From a virus (Duplodnaviria > Caudoviricetes), in the IMG/VR virus record IMGVR_UViG_3300033463_000012: DNA of 64,000 nt, one strand, 5' to 3'. A program made the position numbers and the translations under genes. Below the pieces are notes generated by a model. It did no database searches. It was not told the origin of the DNA and saw only the letters and a list, made by a program, of their open reading frames with translations. Shown here piece after piece: positions 27,504 to 36,840 of the stretch (positions within the stretch are counted from its first letter, which is position 1; each line of letters starts with the position of its first letter).

Positions 27504-28319
27504 TCACTTCATCACGAACAGGATTTCCACCTTGTTCTCGTCCGCGGTGTAATAGATGTCACCGGTCGGGATGAAGTTCCATTCGGCCTGGGTGTATTTG
27601 TCCACGGGGCGAGCATAGACCGCGGCGATTTTCTCGGAGAAGTTCCTGTCGTCGAACGGATTGCCCTTGGTCGGTGGCACGTTGTTCAGTTCTTCGATTC
27701 GCCCGTGGAAGATCGGGAATTTGTCCATGTTGGGCGCATTGGGATCGACCTTCTGCATCATGACGATTCCGTTGAATTTGTAGAAGGTGTAGTCGTATTC
27801 CTCACCGTCGTCCCGGAACCATTCTTCATGGGCTCGCTTCAGAGCGGACTTCGTGGTGTCGATGTAATACTGGTCAATGCGAATACCAGTGCGCTTGTAG
27901 ATCATCGTGGACAGGCGCTTCCAGAGACCATCGTGGTTCCCATGTCCGTGGGAATTCGACTTCTTCGACCGAACGTCCACCCCGTGCTTGATGTCCTGCA
28001 TGTGGCAGAGGCAGTGGAGCATTTCGTGGCAGACACAGTTCTTCAACATCCGGTCCATGATGTCCTTGGAAACCAGGATGCAGGAGCGTTCCACGTGCAT
28101 GATGTTTTCGGGGTCCATGCAGTAGCCACCCATGGCGCCCTCGATCCCGACGATTTCTTCAGCCCAGGCGATCGGGATGTTCGGAATCTTCCCGCCATAG
28201 ACCTCTGCATTGATCTCGTCGAAGAGGGCCTTCAGCTTCTTGTCGCTTTCCTTCGGGACCAGCTTTTCGAAGTCGGGGCTGGGCTTGATCTCGTCTTTGG
28301 TTTCCTGAGTTTCTGCCAT
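27504..28319 (-). CDS. SprT-like zinc metalloprotease
   Basis: F...N...YGG.IP, HEMLH, H...WK motifs. Confidence 0.75.
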   Translation of the reverse strand: MAETQETKDEIKPSPDFEKLVPKESDKKLKALFDEINAEVYGGKIPNIPIAWAEEIVGIEGAMGGYCMDPENIMHVERSCILVSKDIMDRMLKNCVCHEMLHCLCHMQDIKHGVDVRSKKSNSHGHGNHDGLWKRLSTMIYKRTGIRIDQYYIDTTKSALKRAHEEWFRDDGEEYDYTFYKFNGIVMMQKVDPNAPNMDKFPIFHGRIEELNNVPPTKGNPFDDRNFSEKIAAVYARPVDKYTQAEWNFIPTGDIYYTADENKVEILFVMK

Positions 28320-28344
28320 ATCTGCCTCCTGGGTGGTGTCTAGG

Positions 28345-28378
28345 TATAATATAATATCTTTTTGGCCCCAGCGTATCG
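28345..28378 (-). promoter_or_regulatory. early promoter
   Basis: AAAAAGATATTATATTATACCTAG, then CAGGAGG. Confidence 0.75.
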
Positions 28379-28379
28379 A

Positions 28380-29102
28380 CTATTTCTCATTTTTTTCATT
28401 TTCTTCCGCAGGATTCTTCCCGAGGTAGGCATACTCGTAGGCCTTGAATGACCTGGAAATGAAGTCCTTGACACTGAAGCCGTCACCCCATTTGTTCGTG
28501 AAAGTCATCCGCCTATGAGTTTTTCCGATTCCGAGATCAATGATGAAGTCCTTCCCGTAGTTGACTCTATGCCAACCGATTTTCACAGGGATGTCATTCA
28601 GATTGCCGCGAACGGTGATTTCGTCTCCGTTCTCGTGTCGCTTTATATTGGTCAAACTGTTGGCGGTTTCATTAACAATCCCGTTCATGATATTCTTCAC
28701 AAGTTTCCGTCGGCAATCTTCCTTTGCGATTTTGGAAAGATATGCTCTGAATCCTTCGAACCAGTCGAAGGCTCGCTGAACGAAGGGTTCCACCTTTTCA
28801 CCTTTGTTCGGAAAGTTCAAGACCCTCCACCAATCATCCATCTTTTCCACAGGTTCACATTTGACTTTGGTCTGATAAGCGACGAAGTCATTGTTGTGCG
28901 GATTCCAGTCGTCGTCCCTGTAGATGACACTGAAAAGTTCTCCATCATTCACGGCGAATCCGAAGATGAATTTCTTAGGTTCACACCAATATCCACTCAG
29001 TCCTGCCTTGCCGGAAACTTCAGTGACATCGATCCTTCCTCTGATGCGATTGAATGGAATGTTCCTCTTGGTCAGTTCTTTCTGAATTGCATTGAGGTCC
29101 AT
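28380..29102 (-). CDS. shared-helix-motif family protein, tandem paralog of 29164..29880
   Basis: CRRKLVKNIMNGIV; full-length similarity to the neighbour. Confidence 0.75.
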   Translation of the reverse strand: MDLNAIQKELTKRNIPFNRIRGRIDVTEVSGKAGLSGYWCEPKKFIFGFAVNDGELFSVIYRDDDWNPHNNDFVAYQTKVKCEPVEKMDDWWRVLNFPNKGEKVEPFVQRAFDWFEGFRAYLSKIAKEDCRRKLVKNIMNGIVNETANSLTNIKRHENGDEITVRGNLNDIPVKIGWHRVNYGKDFIIDLGIGKTHRRMTFTNKWGDGFSVKDFISRSFKAYEYAYLGKNPAEENEKNEK

Positions 29103-29132
29103 AGTTCCTCCTGGTTCTGGTGGTCTGATCAA

Positions 29133-29165
29133 AATATAATATCTTTTCGGTCAAAGTGTACAACT
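29133..29165 (-). promoter_or_regulatory. early promoter
   Basis: TTGTACAC...AAAAGATATTATATT. Confidence 0.7.
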
Positions 29166-29880
29166 ATTTTTCCATTTTTTCGGTATTGTCATTTTCATTA
29201 TTGGAGAATTCATAGAATTTGATGGATTTGGAAATGAAGTCCTTGACGTTGAATTTGGTTTTCCACGTGTTCGAGAATATCATCCTGCTATGAGTTTTGC
29301 CTATTACAAGAGTGATGATGAAATCCTTTCCACCATTGATCGAATGCCAACCGAGTTTCACGGGAATATTGTTCAACTCCCCGGAAACGTCCAAATGATT
29401 TATGTCATTTTCCTTCCTTACCTTTTTCATGTCCTTGGAAAATTCTTCGATGGTTCCGTTCAGGATGTTCCTCACCAGCTTGCGCCGACATTCTTCCTTG
29501 GACACTTTCAGAAGATGATTGCGAAATCCTTCAAACCATTCCATTGAACGTTGGACAAACTTTTCGACGCTTTCCTTTTCCTTAGGATTGTTCACCACCC
29601 TCCATAAATCTCCCAACTTCGTCACAGGTTCGCAGACATCAGTTGAATGAAGGAAGAAATCGTTTCCTTTCTTGAGAATGTTTTTTTGATAGATGACACT
29701 GAAGATGTTCCCGTTGTTCACTGCAAAGGCAAATGTGTATGTCCTCGGCGTGTTGTATTCGGCCCAGTAGTGATTCAAGCTAGGCTTTCCAGAAACAGTA
29801 GCTACATCGATCCTTCCCCTGATGTGTTCGAAAGTGATGTTTTTCCTTTTCAGTTCCTTTTTAATGTCATCTAGGTTCAT
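29164..29880 (-). CDS. shared-helix-motif family protein, tandem paralog
   Basis: CRRKLVRNILNGTI; IRGRIDV..VSGK and IPVK.GWH shared with neighbour. Confidence 0.75.
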   Translation of the reverse strand: MNLDDIKKELKRKNITFEHIRGRIDVATVSGKPSLNHYWAEYNTPRTYTFAFAVNNGNIFSVIYQKNILKKGNDFFLHSTDVCEPVTKLGDLWRVVNNPKEKESVEKFVQRSMEWFEGFRNHLLKVSKEECRRKLVRNILNGTIEEFSKDMKKVRKENDINHLDVSGELNNIPVKLGWHSINGGKDFIITLVIGKTHSRMIFSNTWKTKFNVKDFISKSIKFYEFSNNENDNTEKMEK

Positions 29881-29903
29881 GATGTCTCCTATATGGTTTA
29901 ATC

Positions 29904-29935
29904 AATATAATATCTTTTCGTCCGAGGTATACAAA
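29904..29935 (-). promoter_or_regulatory. early promoter
   Basis: TTGTATAC...AAAAGATATTATATT. Confidence 0.7.
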
Positions 29936-29955
29936 GAAAATGATAAATATGCAGA

Positions 29956-30068
29956 TGCTCTGTCAGCTCCAGGGATGAGTTCCTAGACAGTTTTGCAGCT
30001 GGCTAGTAGTTTATAGCTACCTCACATGAAACTGGCTCTGAGTGGCTCCCTGGAGATGTGGGACAGTG
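29956..30068 (-). repeat. dispersed ~110-bp element, copy 5
   Basis: Minus-strand core GGTAGCTATAAACTACTAGC at 30002-30021. Confidence 0.85.
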
Positions 30069-30083
30069 CAGCACCTATACAGT

Positions 30084-30112
30084 AAAAGGGGACCCTGGTT
30101 GGAGGGTCCCCT
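30084..30112 (-). terminator. intrinsic terminator after MoxR ATPase
   Basis: AGGGGACCCT-loop-AGGGTCCCCT then TTT. Confidence 0.8.
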
Positions 30113-30138
30113 GCTGTGGGTAGGAGGCGATATGGAAA

Positions 30139-31230
30139 CTACAGGGTGTCCTTGATGTGTTCGAAGGCGAGGTTGTAGATCCTTTCATCCAGGACAATCC
30201 AGTTGGTGTGCTGGAGGAAGTAGGTCATGAGATGACCGATCGCTTCGTTCTGCTTGGCGTCCTTCAGGTATTCGAGATACTTCTTGAAGTTCACCGTGAT
30301 GACTTCCTTCTGTTCGGGAGTGAAGTCCTTTTCCATGTAGCGCTTGATCTGGTCATTGACCCCGACGATTTCGTGCAGCTTCAGGGACTTGAGTTCCTTC
30401 TTGCTCTTTTCGAAGTCGCCCTCGAGCAGCTTGGCCACATCGATCGTCTTCTGCTTTTCGAGATAGCGCTGGAAGGCGCCGGTGGCTTCAGGCCCCACGA
30501 AGGAGGCGACCATCTTGCTTTCGACCGGGTCGAGGGTGCGACCCTTGAAGGCCGCAATGGTTTCAGAGACGGCTTCCCAGGAGCGGCGAGAGGGAGTGAT
30601 GTCCATGGGGTCCTCGGTTTCAATCTGATCCCCGTCCAGCCATTCCGGTTCAGCGGTGATGAAGTCGATCACGCGTTCGTCGATCCCGCTCTTGGAGCCC
30701 CAGGTGAGCCATTCGTCCACGGTGGGCTTGAAGATCGAGGGAGCGAAGCGGTCCAGCAGGGCCTTGTCGAGGTCCTGAATGGTGTAGCCGTCCCCGACAT
30801 TCGCCGCGGCGACGATCACGGAACCTTCAGGCAGCTTGCGGTTGACGAGTTTCTTGTTGAGGGTGAGGTCCATCACCACGTTCAGGATTTCGGGACGACC
30901 GCGGTTGATCTCGTCCAGGAAGAGGCAGAAGGGCTTGTCTTCCTGCCACCAAGCGGGAGGGAGGAAGTCCATGACCTCGGTCTTGGTCCCGTCGGCGAGA
31001 GTGATCTCCTTCTTGCAGGGAAGACCGATGAGGTCACCCGGGTCGCTCATCTGACCGAGGAAGAGAGGGACCACCTTGTAGCCCTTCGATTCGTAAAACT
31101 TCGTGACAATCTGGCTCTTGCCGAGGCCGTGGCCCCCGAGGAGCAGAAGGTTGCGGGTCTTGGGCATGTGTTCCAGGGTGAAGAGGAGTTCCTGGATGTT
31201 GACTCGGGCGATCTTCTTAGGTTCGTTCAT
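30139..31230 (-). CDS. MoxR-like (AAA_5) ATPase
   Basis: GGHGLGKS, DLIGLP, LFLDEINRG, IVAAAN, LDKALLDRF, PSRRSWE. Confidence 0.9.
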   Translation of the reverse strand: MNEPKKIARVNIQELLFTLEHMPKTRNLLLLGGHGLGKSQIVTKFYESKGYKVVPLFLGQMSDPGDLIGLPCKKEITLADGTKTEVMDFLPPAWWQEDKPFCLFLDEINRGRPEILNVVMDLTLNKKLVNRKLPEGSVIVAAANVGDGYTIQDLDKALLDRFAPSIFKPTVDEWLTWGSKSGIDERVIDFITAEPEWLDGDQIETEDPMDITPSRRSWEAVSETIAAFKGRTLDPVESKMVASFVGPEATGAFQRYLEKQKTIDVAKLLEGDFEKSKKELKSLKLHEIVGVNDQIKRYMEKDFTPEQKEVITVNFKKYLEYLKDAKQNEAIGHLMTYFLQHTNWIVLDERIYNLAFEHIKDTL

Positions 31231-31286
31231 GGTTGCCTCCTGGCTGGTTCTTGTGGTTCTGTTCTACCCCGCTCTTGGCTGGGCTC

Positions 31287-31688
31287 TTATAATATAATAT
31301 CTTTTTGACCAAACGGAACCAACTTTTTTGCAAAAAATGCATTTTTTTCGGAAATGGCCGTTTCTGCAGTCAAAAAGCCAACTACCCTCTCGCAGATGTG
31401 GGCGGCAAACTGTTCTTCACCGTAGCGGGAAATGGCTTCGTCCATCCAGATTCTCATTTCCCCTTCCATGTGTCTATCCCCCTGTCGGCCCAGTTCAATG
31501 CTCACCCCGCACTTCCCGTTGGTCTCGTTGTCGATCACCCTCGCGAAGTAGGCCTGTCCACCCTGACGTTTGGCCACGAGTTTGTTCTGACTCATTTCCA
31601 ATTCCAAGTCGGGGTTTTCCTTCAACTTGGTTGCGGCCATGTTCAGGATGTATTTGGCCATGTAGAGGATGCCGGTATCGTTCATCAC
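31287..31688 (-). CDS. hypothetical protein (weak family-motif match)
   Basis: LYMAKYILNMAATKL; C-terminus runs through the downstream promoter. Confidence 0.55.
   Translation of the reverse strand: MMNDTGILYMAKYILNMAATKLKENPDLELEMSQNKLVAKRQGGQAYFARVIDNETNGKCGVSIELGRQGDRHMEGEMRIWMDEAISRYGEEQFAAHICERVVGFLTAETAISEKNAFFAKKLVPFGQKDIIL
31288..31341 (-). promoter_or_regulatory. early promoter (long conserved version)
   Basis: TGCATTTTTTGCAAAAAAGTTGGTTCCGTTTGGTCAAAAAGATATTATATTATA, near-identical to 36217-36269. Confidence 0.8.
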
Positions 31689-31876
31689 TGCTCCACGATA
31701 TAGAAGTCATCGCGTTCGGGCTGGACAGCGAGACCGCCCCATGTCCCATGAAGCTGACCCCAGTCGTCCACTAGTTCGACGATTCCTTCCTTGTCGGCGT
31801 ATCGGGGTTCGTCCACCATGACATTGATGTGAATCTTCTTCCCGATGAGGTGTGCGTATTTTTCTCTGTTGTTCAT
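31685..31876 (-). CDS. DUF4314-like small protein
   Basis: G.V..VDD.GQLH..WG.LA...P..D.F. Confidence 0.7.
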   Translation of the reverse strand: MNNREKYAHLIGKKIHINVMVDEPRYADKEGIVELVDDWGQLHGTWGGLAVQPERDDFYIVEQ

Positions 31877-31891
31877 GCTGACCTCTTTGGT

Positions 31892-32008
31892 TTAGCGTTT
31901 TCTTCTGAGCTGGTCGTCTATGGATTCGAGGATGAGCAGTATGTCACGGAGTTTGCCAAGAATCACGAACAACATGATCGATACCGCCATCCCGAAAATC
32001 CATAGCAT
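31892..32008 (-). CDS. small membrane protein
   Basis: MLWIFGMAVSIMLFVILGKL...; AAGGAG RBS. Confidence 0.55.
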   Translation of the reverse strand: MLWIFGMAVSIMLFVILGKLRDILLILESIDDQLRRKR

Positions 32009-32015
32009 ATCTCCT

Positions 32016-32933
32016 TTACACCGCCTCCCTGTTGAACCGGAAGGCGACGCGCGAGTTGTGAAGTTCCTTGAGGGTCTTGAAGATGTTCTGGATGTAGACC
32101 TTCGCTTCCTCGGAATTGTCACGATTGATGAAGAATTCGTATTCCGCGTTGTTGTCGTAGTCGATGTAGGTCTGAACATTGATCCTGGAGCAGTTCGTGC
32201 ACTTGGTGATAGCTGCCTTGAAGGTGGGGCGATAGTCACCGCTCGTGGCGTAGACGCAGGCGCCTTCGTTCTCGTTGAGCATGGAGATTTCCTTCCCGCC
32301 GATGCGGTTCTCGATTCCCTTGAGGGCTTCGACCACCATCGTCTTGACCATGTTGAACTGCATGTCGTTCGCGAAGTTGGCCAGGATGTTCTGCTTGCCC
32401 TTGGCCTCGTATTCCTTCTTCTTTTCCAGGACCTTGTCCACGAAACCTTCGATGTCGATTTCGCCGTTCGCGTCCTCGTCCACGTAGGAGTAGAGCTGGT
32501 CATCAGTCCCGATCGAGTTGCTGTCCTTCATCATGTCATACTTGCCGGGGCAGTGAAACTTGAAGTTCCGAACCAGAACCTCGTCCCCGATGCAGGCGAC
32601 CAGACCAGCTCGGCAGTTGTAGGTCACGCGGGAATTGGCGGCCGTCTTCACGTGGAAATAGACCGAGTAGTGCTTGGTTCGACTCCAGCTGATCTTGTCG
32701 TTCAGGGTGATCATGGTGTGACCGTCCAGAACCGACTTGTAGGGAGTGACGTAGGCGTTGTAGAAAGGAGAGGTGAGGGAGGTCGAGAGGTTGTCGACCG
32801 AGTATTCGACCCCGCGATTGTCGAGGACCCTCTTCAGCTCCGCCATGATTTTGTCGTGGCGGATGCGGAGGCGACCCGAGTTGAAACCGGTGTGAGTTTT
32901 CTGGTTGGGGTGTCCGTAGATTTTGATTTCCAT
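32016..32933 (-). CDS. shared-helix-motif family protein (FANDMQFNMVKTMV)
   Basis: CAGGAGG RBS; promoter at 32966. Confidence 0.7.
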   Translation of the reverse strand: MEIKIYGHPNQKTHTGFNSGRLRIRHDKIMAELKRVLDNRGVEYSVDNLSTSLTSPFYNAYVTPYKSVLDGHTMITLNDKISWSRTKHYSVYFHVKTAANSRVTYNCRAGLVACIGDEVLVRNFKFHCPGKYDMMKDSNSIGTDDQLYSYVDEDANGEIDIEGFVDKVLEKKKEYEAKGKQNILANFANDMQFNMVKTMVVEALKGIENRIGGKEISMLNENEGACVYATSGDYRPTFKAAITKCTNCSRINVQTYIDYDNNAEYEFFINRDNSEEAKVYIQNIFKTLKELHNSRVAFRFNREAV

Positions 32934-32965
32934 AGGTGCCTCCTGGCTGGTTCTTGGTTTCTAGG

Positions 32966-33000
32966 TATAATATAATATCTTTTTGGCCAAACGGAACCAA
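32966..33000 (-). promoter_or_regulatory. early promoter
   Basis: TTGGTTCCGTTTGGCCAAAAAGATATTATATTATA. Confidence 0.8.
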
Positions 33001-33050
33001 AAATCTTCAGGGATATGCACTTTTTAGTTTCTACAGAAATTCTAGAAAAT

Positions 33051-33446
33051 TTAGCCCTTGAACCACAGGCCCTCTATTTCCTCCAATGCTTGCTCTATGC
33101 ACGTTTTGAAGGTCTTGGACTTGTCCTCGTAGTATTCCAGAATCTTGACGGTTTTCGGCCCATCATAGATTTCCGCTCTGAACAAGGAAAGGATCGCCTG
33201 AATGGAGCCATCCTCGTTTCTCGCGATCGCCATGCCGGGAACGAAACAGACTCGCTTGTCCTCAAGGGTAAGTGTCATCTTGTCCTTCCAATCAGACCCG
33301 TAGAGAAATTGAACCTCGGTGTGTTTCTTCACGAAGTCGATCAGAAAGTAGGACAACGTGTAGCCAGTGCGACGGCAATGGATGTCAGGGTTGAATTCCT
33401 GTCCTTCCTGTTCGTCGCCGTAGCTGTTCCATTCAGGTTCATCCAA
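33051..33446 (-). CDS. hypothetical protein
   Basis: GGAGG RBS; operon. Confidence 0.6.
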   Translation of the reverse strand: MDEPEWNSYGDEQEGQEFNPDIHCRRTGYTLSYFLIDFVKKHTEVQFLYGSDWKDKMTLTLEDKRVCFVPGMAIARNEDGSIQAILSLFRAEIYDGPKTVKILEYYEDKSKTFKTCIEQALEEIEGLWFKG

Positions 33447-33822
33447 CGCTGTATCCTCCGAACGATGCCCTCATCTTCTTCAGTCTTTCCTCGCGGAGCG
33501 CCTGATGCATCTTTCGCTTCTCCGCCATCTTGTCTTCAAAGCGACGGCGTTCAGTGATGTATTTCTGCAAGAAGCGCGCTTCCTTCTTCGACTCGGATTC
33601 CTCGGTATCGACTTCTTCCGATTCCTTCTTCACTGGCTTCGGCTTGAATTTGTTTTCATACCGAACGACTATGGCAAGGTTGGTGTGCGTGTCGAATTTT
33701 TCCCTGAACATCATGGGAAGGTCTTTGGTCAAGGTGAGGCTTTGCGCCAACACCTTGTCCCCGCATTCCTTCAGCCACGCGTCCTCTTCGGACGTCCAAG
33801 TCCTCACTCCGGAAGTGTTCAT
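33439..33822 (-). CDS. protein with one Myb/SANT-like repeat (WTSEEDAWL)
   Basis: Start MNTSG, GGAGG RBS. Confidence 0.6.
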   Translation of the reverse strand: MNTSGVRTWTSEEDAWLKECGDKVLAQSLTLTKDLPMMFREKFDTHTNLAIVVRYENKFKPKPVKKESEEVDTEESESKKEARFLQKYITERRRFEDKMAEKRKMHQALREERLKKMRASFGGYSVG

Positions 33823-34214
33823 CAGGCGACCTCCATCCCTTCGGTCTTGGCGGTCTTGTTCATCTCCCGCTTGATCTGCTCCCGGATTTCTTCCTTGTCG
33901 AAGCAGTAGTCGGAAGCGGTGAATCCTTCCTTGATCGAGCACAGCTTGGCGGACACCTCGTCAATGAGGACATCCTGATGACTGTACACTTCCCACCACG
34001 CGGTAGCCCGAATGAACACCTCGTCGTCCACCGCTTCGTTCAGCATGTTCGGGTCGCACGGAGTGGCGCCCCCGTCGGTGCCCACATAGTCGAGTTCAAA
34101 GTTGACATCCCCTTCCTTGTGATACTTCTTCGCTTCAGTGTTGATGATCTGAATGAATTCCTTGTAGCGGGAATCGAGAAGTTCCTTGGTCTGCGTTTCG
34201 GTGTTGGTGGTCAT
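33822..34214 (-). CDS. hypothetical protein
   Basis: AAGGAG RBS, start MTTNT. Confidence 0.65.
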   Translation of the reverse strand: MTTNTETQTKELLDSRYKEFIQIINTEAKKYHKEGDVNFELDYVGTDGGATPCDPNMLNEAVDDEVFIRATAWWEVYSHQDVLIDEVSAKLCSIKEGFTASDYCFDKEEIREQIKREMNKTAKTEGMEVA

Positions 34215-34216
34215 GA

Positions 34217-34672
34217 CTAGTTCTCCTTCATCATGCTTTGTTGTAGAATTTCCAGTTTGTCCTTCGTCTTGCTGAGTTCTTCGTCGTTCACTGTGGTATA
34301 GGTCCAACCTCCGAAGTTGATGTGTCTGTCCTTGAAAAATCCCGACGCACGTTCCACGTCAGATGCCTTGTTCCAAACTCGCATGTCGGTCACGAGAAGG
34401 GAAAAGCCGTAGAGTGATCCCCACGTCCTTCCGCCTGCGCCAATGCGAATGTTGAAATATCCATAGCTCCAGACCTTGTACATCAGGGTCGAGTCGCTCT
34501 TGATCTCGTTCCATCCGTGGGTGTAGGCGTAGTCGGATATGTAGTTCTCCAGCTTCGCATACTGCTCCCTGATCTTCTCTGGATCCTCCACCGCGGCCGT
34601 CTCGTAGATAAGATAGCTCGGGGTGGAGGACTTCTTGGACACGAGGTCCTTCAGTCTGGAAAGAAGTCCCAT
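34217..34672 (-). CDS. hypothetical protein
   Basis: AGGAGG RBS; amphipathic N-terminus MGLLSRLKDLV. Confidence 0.65.
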   Translation of the reverse strand: MGLLSRLKDLVSKKSSTPSYLIYETAAVEDPEKIREQYAKLENYISDYAYTHGWNEIKSDSTLMYKVWSYGYFNIRIGAGGRTWGSLYGFSLLVTDMRVWNKASDVERASGFFKDRHINFGGWTYTTVNDEELSKTKDKLEILQQSMMKEN

Positions 34673-34681
34673 GGTTTCCTC

Positions 34682-36163
34682 CTAGGCGTCTTCGTCTTCG
34701 CTCTTCACGTAGGCGACTCGACCGACCTTGGAAAGATTGTCTTTGCAGTAGTTGTAATGGTTCTCGGAGTCGATCAGCCAGCAGACATCCGCGGGATTGA
34801 TCCCCTTGAGATTCGGGGTGTAGCATTCTCCGTCGGTGAAGACGATGATTCCGTCGTAGGAGGAATCCGCCTTTTCCAGGAAGTCAAAGACGACCTGGAA
34901 ATCCGTGCCTCCGCGACCGGCGGGCTTGTATTCCTTCATCGCCTTCTTCAGCTGAATGGGCTTGTGATTCTGAATCTGAGCGTCGAAGAAATAGACGTCC
35001 AGCTCCTGAATCCCGTAGGCGAAGATGTTGTTGATCGAGCCGAAGCAGTCCGCGAGGGCCTTGGAGGAAACCGACCCGGAAGTGTCGATGAACCAAGCCA
35101 GCTTCGTGGTGTATTCATGCTTTCGACCGGGGAAGCCGAAGCCGAAGCGGCGGTTGGGGCGCATCCGGTTGAGAGTCGTGTTGGAGGAGAGGACTCGCTG
35201 ACGGAATTGCTTGAGGATGCTCTTGTAATTCACCTTGGGCTTCAGCGAGGCGAGCAGCGTTTCCTGATAGCCACCCGTGACCGAGCCCCACTGACCGGTG
35301 ATCTGCGCTTCGCGAATGGCGTTCTCGATTTCGTTCTCGATGATAGGGTCTTCATCCCAGTTTTCGGAAAGTTCGGTGGGGTTCTGCGGATTGTTGTAGC
35401 GGTCCATCCCCTTGCGTTCCTTGCCGGAGCCGGAGCCGGAACCTTCCTTCTTTTCGTCCTGCTTGCCTTCACCGGAACCAGAGCCGTTCTTGTCTTCGCC
35501 CTTCTTCCGGCGACCGCGCTTACCCTGACCGTTCTGACCTTCGCCGGAATCTTCACTGCTTTCTCCGCCAGTGGGACCGGGGTTGATGTGAACCTTGGCG
35601 TCGATCATTTCGATGTAGCGGTCGAGCAGGTTGTAGTAGTATTCCATGTGCCGCTTCTGCATGGTTTCGAGATCGGGCAGCTGGATTCGTCCCACGACCT
35701 TCTCCAGCTTTTCGCGAGTGAAACCAGTGCGGCGCTTCAGCTCTTCGTCCGAGAGGGCCTTGACCGACTCGTACAGCTTCATGAACTTTTCCTGGTCCTC
35801 GGAATAGCCCTTCTTCTGGATGTAGTCGTAGAGGTCCTTCACCTTGGCCTGACCGAGGTTGCGACCGTGTTCCGCAAGGGTGAGGTTGGAGGCGTTGTAG
35901 GAGGCGACCGGATTTTTCTTCTTCCGTTCGTAGGGGTGACGGAGGAGAATGCGGTCGAGTTCGTTGAAGAGGACGTTCTTCAGAGCCCCGTCGGAAAGTT
36001 CGGAGATGAAGTCGGGGTTGTAGTGGATTTCCTTCTTCCAAACCCCAATGGTTTCAATCTTCTTGTCGATGACCAGCTTGTGAGTCAGGGAAACCATCTG
36101 ATAAAGGGGTTCATCCAGATAGAGTTTCCCGAAGATGTCTCTGATTCGTTCTTCTGCGGTCAT
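34682..36163 (-). CDS. VWA-like domain protein with DUF2201-type N-terminal domain (MoxR partner)
   Basis: IHYNPDF, G/S/E-rich linker, RPNRRF, FIDTSGS (MIDAS), GRGGTDF, VFTDG; start MTAEE. Confidence 0.88.
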   Translation of the reverse strand: MTAEERIRDIFGKLYLDEPLYQMVSLTHKLVIDKKIETIGVWKKEIHYNPDFISELSDGALKNVLFNELDRILLRHPYERKKKNPVASYNASNLTLAEHGRNLGQAKVKDLYDYIQKKGYSEDQEKFMKLYESVKALSDEELKRRTGFTREKLEKVVGRIQLPDLETMQKRHMEYYYNLLDRYIEMIDAKVHINPGPTGGESSEDSGEGQNGQGKRGRRKKGEDKNGSGSGEGKQDEKKEGSGSGSGKERKGMDRYNNPQNPTELSENWDEDPIIENEIENAIREAQITGQWGSVTGGYQETLLASLKPKVNYKSILKQFRQRVLSSNTTLNRMRPNRRFGFGFPGRKHEYTTKLAWFIDTSGSVSSKALADCFGSINNIFAYGIQELDVYFFDAQIQNHKPIQLKKAMKEYKPAGRGGTDFQVVFDFLEKADSSYDGIIVFTDGECYTPNLKGINPADVCWLIDSENHYNYCKDNLSKVGRVAYVKSEDEDA

Positions 36164-36216
36164 GTCTGCCTCCTGGCTAGATTTTGAGAGGTTGTGGTTT
36201 TCTAGGCCTCTCTGGG

Positions 36217-36269
36217 TATAATATAATAACTTTTGGCCAAAACGGAACCAACTTTTTGCAAAAAATGCA
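36217..36269 (-). promoter_or_regulatory. early promoter (long conserved version)
   Basis: TTGGTT-N17-TATTATATTATA with upstream A-tracts. Confidence 0.8.
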
Positions 36270-36275
36270 GATACC

Positions 36276-36452
36276 CTAATCTTTCTTAATATGCTCCAAT
36301 TTCTCAAATTTCTCTTTTGCTGCAGTATATGAGTAAGTTCCGAACACCTGGGCTTTCGTGTCGGCGGTCAGGATTCGGTAGCAGTAGAGGTCCTTCCTGA
36401 GGATGAAGTGTTTCCCAGTGGCCAAATCTTCGGGCTGTTCTTTTTCTTCCAT
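36276..36452 (-). CDS. hypothetical 58-aa protein
   Basis: MEEKEQPEDL...; coupled start. Confidence 0.45.
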   Translation of the reverse strand: MEEKEQPEDLATGKHFILRKDLYCYRILTADTKAQVFGTYSYTAAKEKFEKLEHIKKD

Positions 36453-36643
36453 TAGTCGTATTCTCCCAAGTCTGCAAGCGCTTGAAACATATTCTCGTAG
36501 TCAGAGTCTCGCCCCTCGGATATCCGCTTGTCGCATTCATTGCAGATTTCCAAGTGCCTATGGGAAAAGTTGTATTTGATCAGGGAAGTTTTCGATTCCC
36601 CGCAAATCATGCAAGACTTGAGGTCTTGAATTCTTTCCTCCAT
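36452..36643 (-). CDS. small zinc-finger protein (CMIC...CNEC)
   Basis: GGAGG RBS. Confidence 0.6.
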   Translation of the reverse strand: MEERIQDLKSCMICGESKTSLIKYNFSHRHLEICNECDKRISEGRDSDYENMFQALADLGEYD

Positions 36644-36656
36644 ATCCCACCTCCGA

Positions 36657-36830
36657 CTAGTCGATTCTCTTCTTCCTTGTTTTCTTTTCCTGTTCAAGCA
36701 GGATGACCTTCGTTGGCTTCTCGCGCTTCGGCTTGTTCCTGAGGAGGATCCAATTCGAAATCGAGAAATACAACAGTAGGCACATGGCTACTGTCATTAC
36801 CATCTGAGTGACTATGAACAAAGTGTCCAT
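36657..36830 (-). CDS. small membrane protein
   Basis: N-terminal TM, basic tail. Confidence 0.55.
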   Translation of the reverse strand: MDTLFIVTQMVMTVAMCLLLYFSISNWILLRNKPKREKPTKVILLEQEKKTRKKRID

Positions 36831-36840
36831 CTTTTTCTCC

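Noticed and set aside
34517-36187. Long antisense ORFs (e.g. 556 aa at 34517+, 383 aa at 30157+, 385 aa at 27186+, 379 aa at 62280+, 296 aa at 4728-)
   Set aside because: Shadow frames of real genes with C/G-ending codon bias; no RBS or recognisable motifs.
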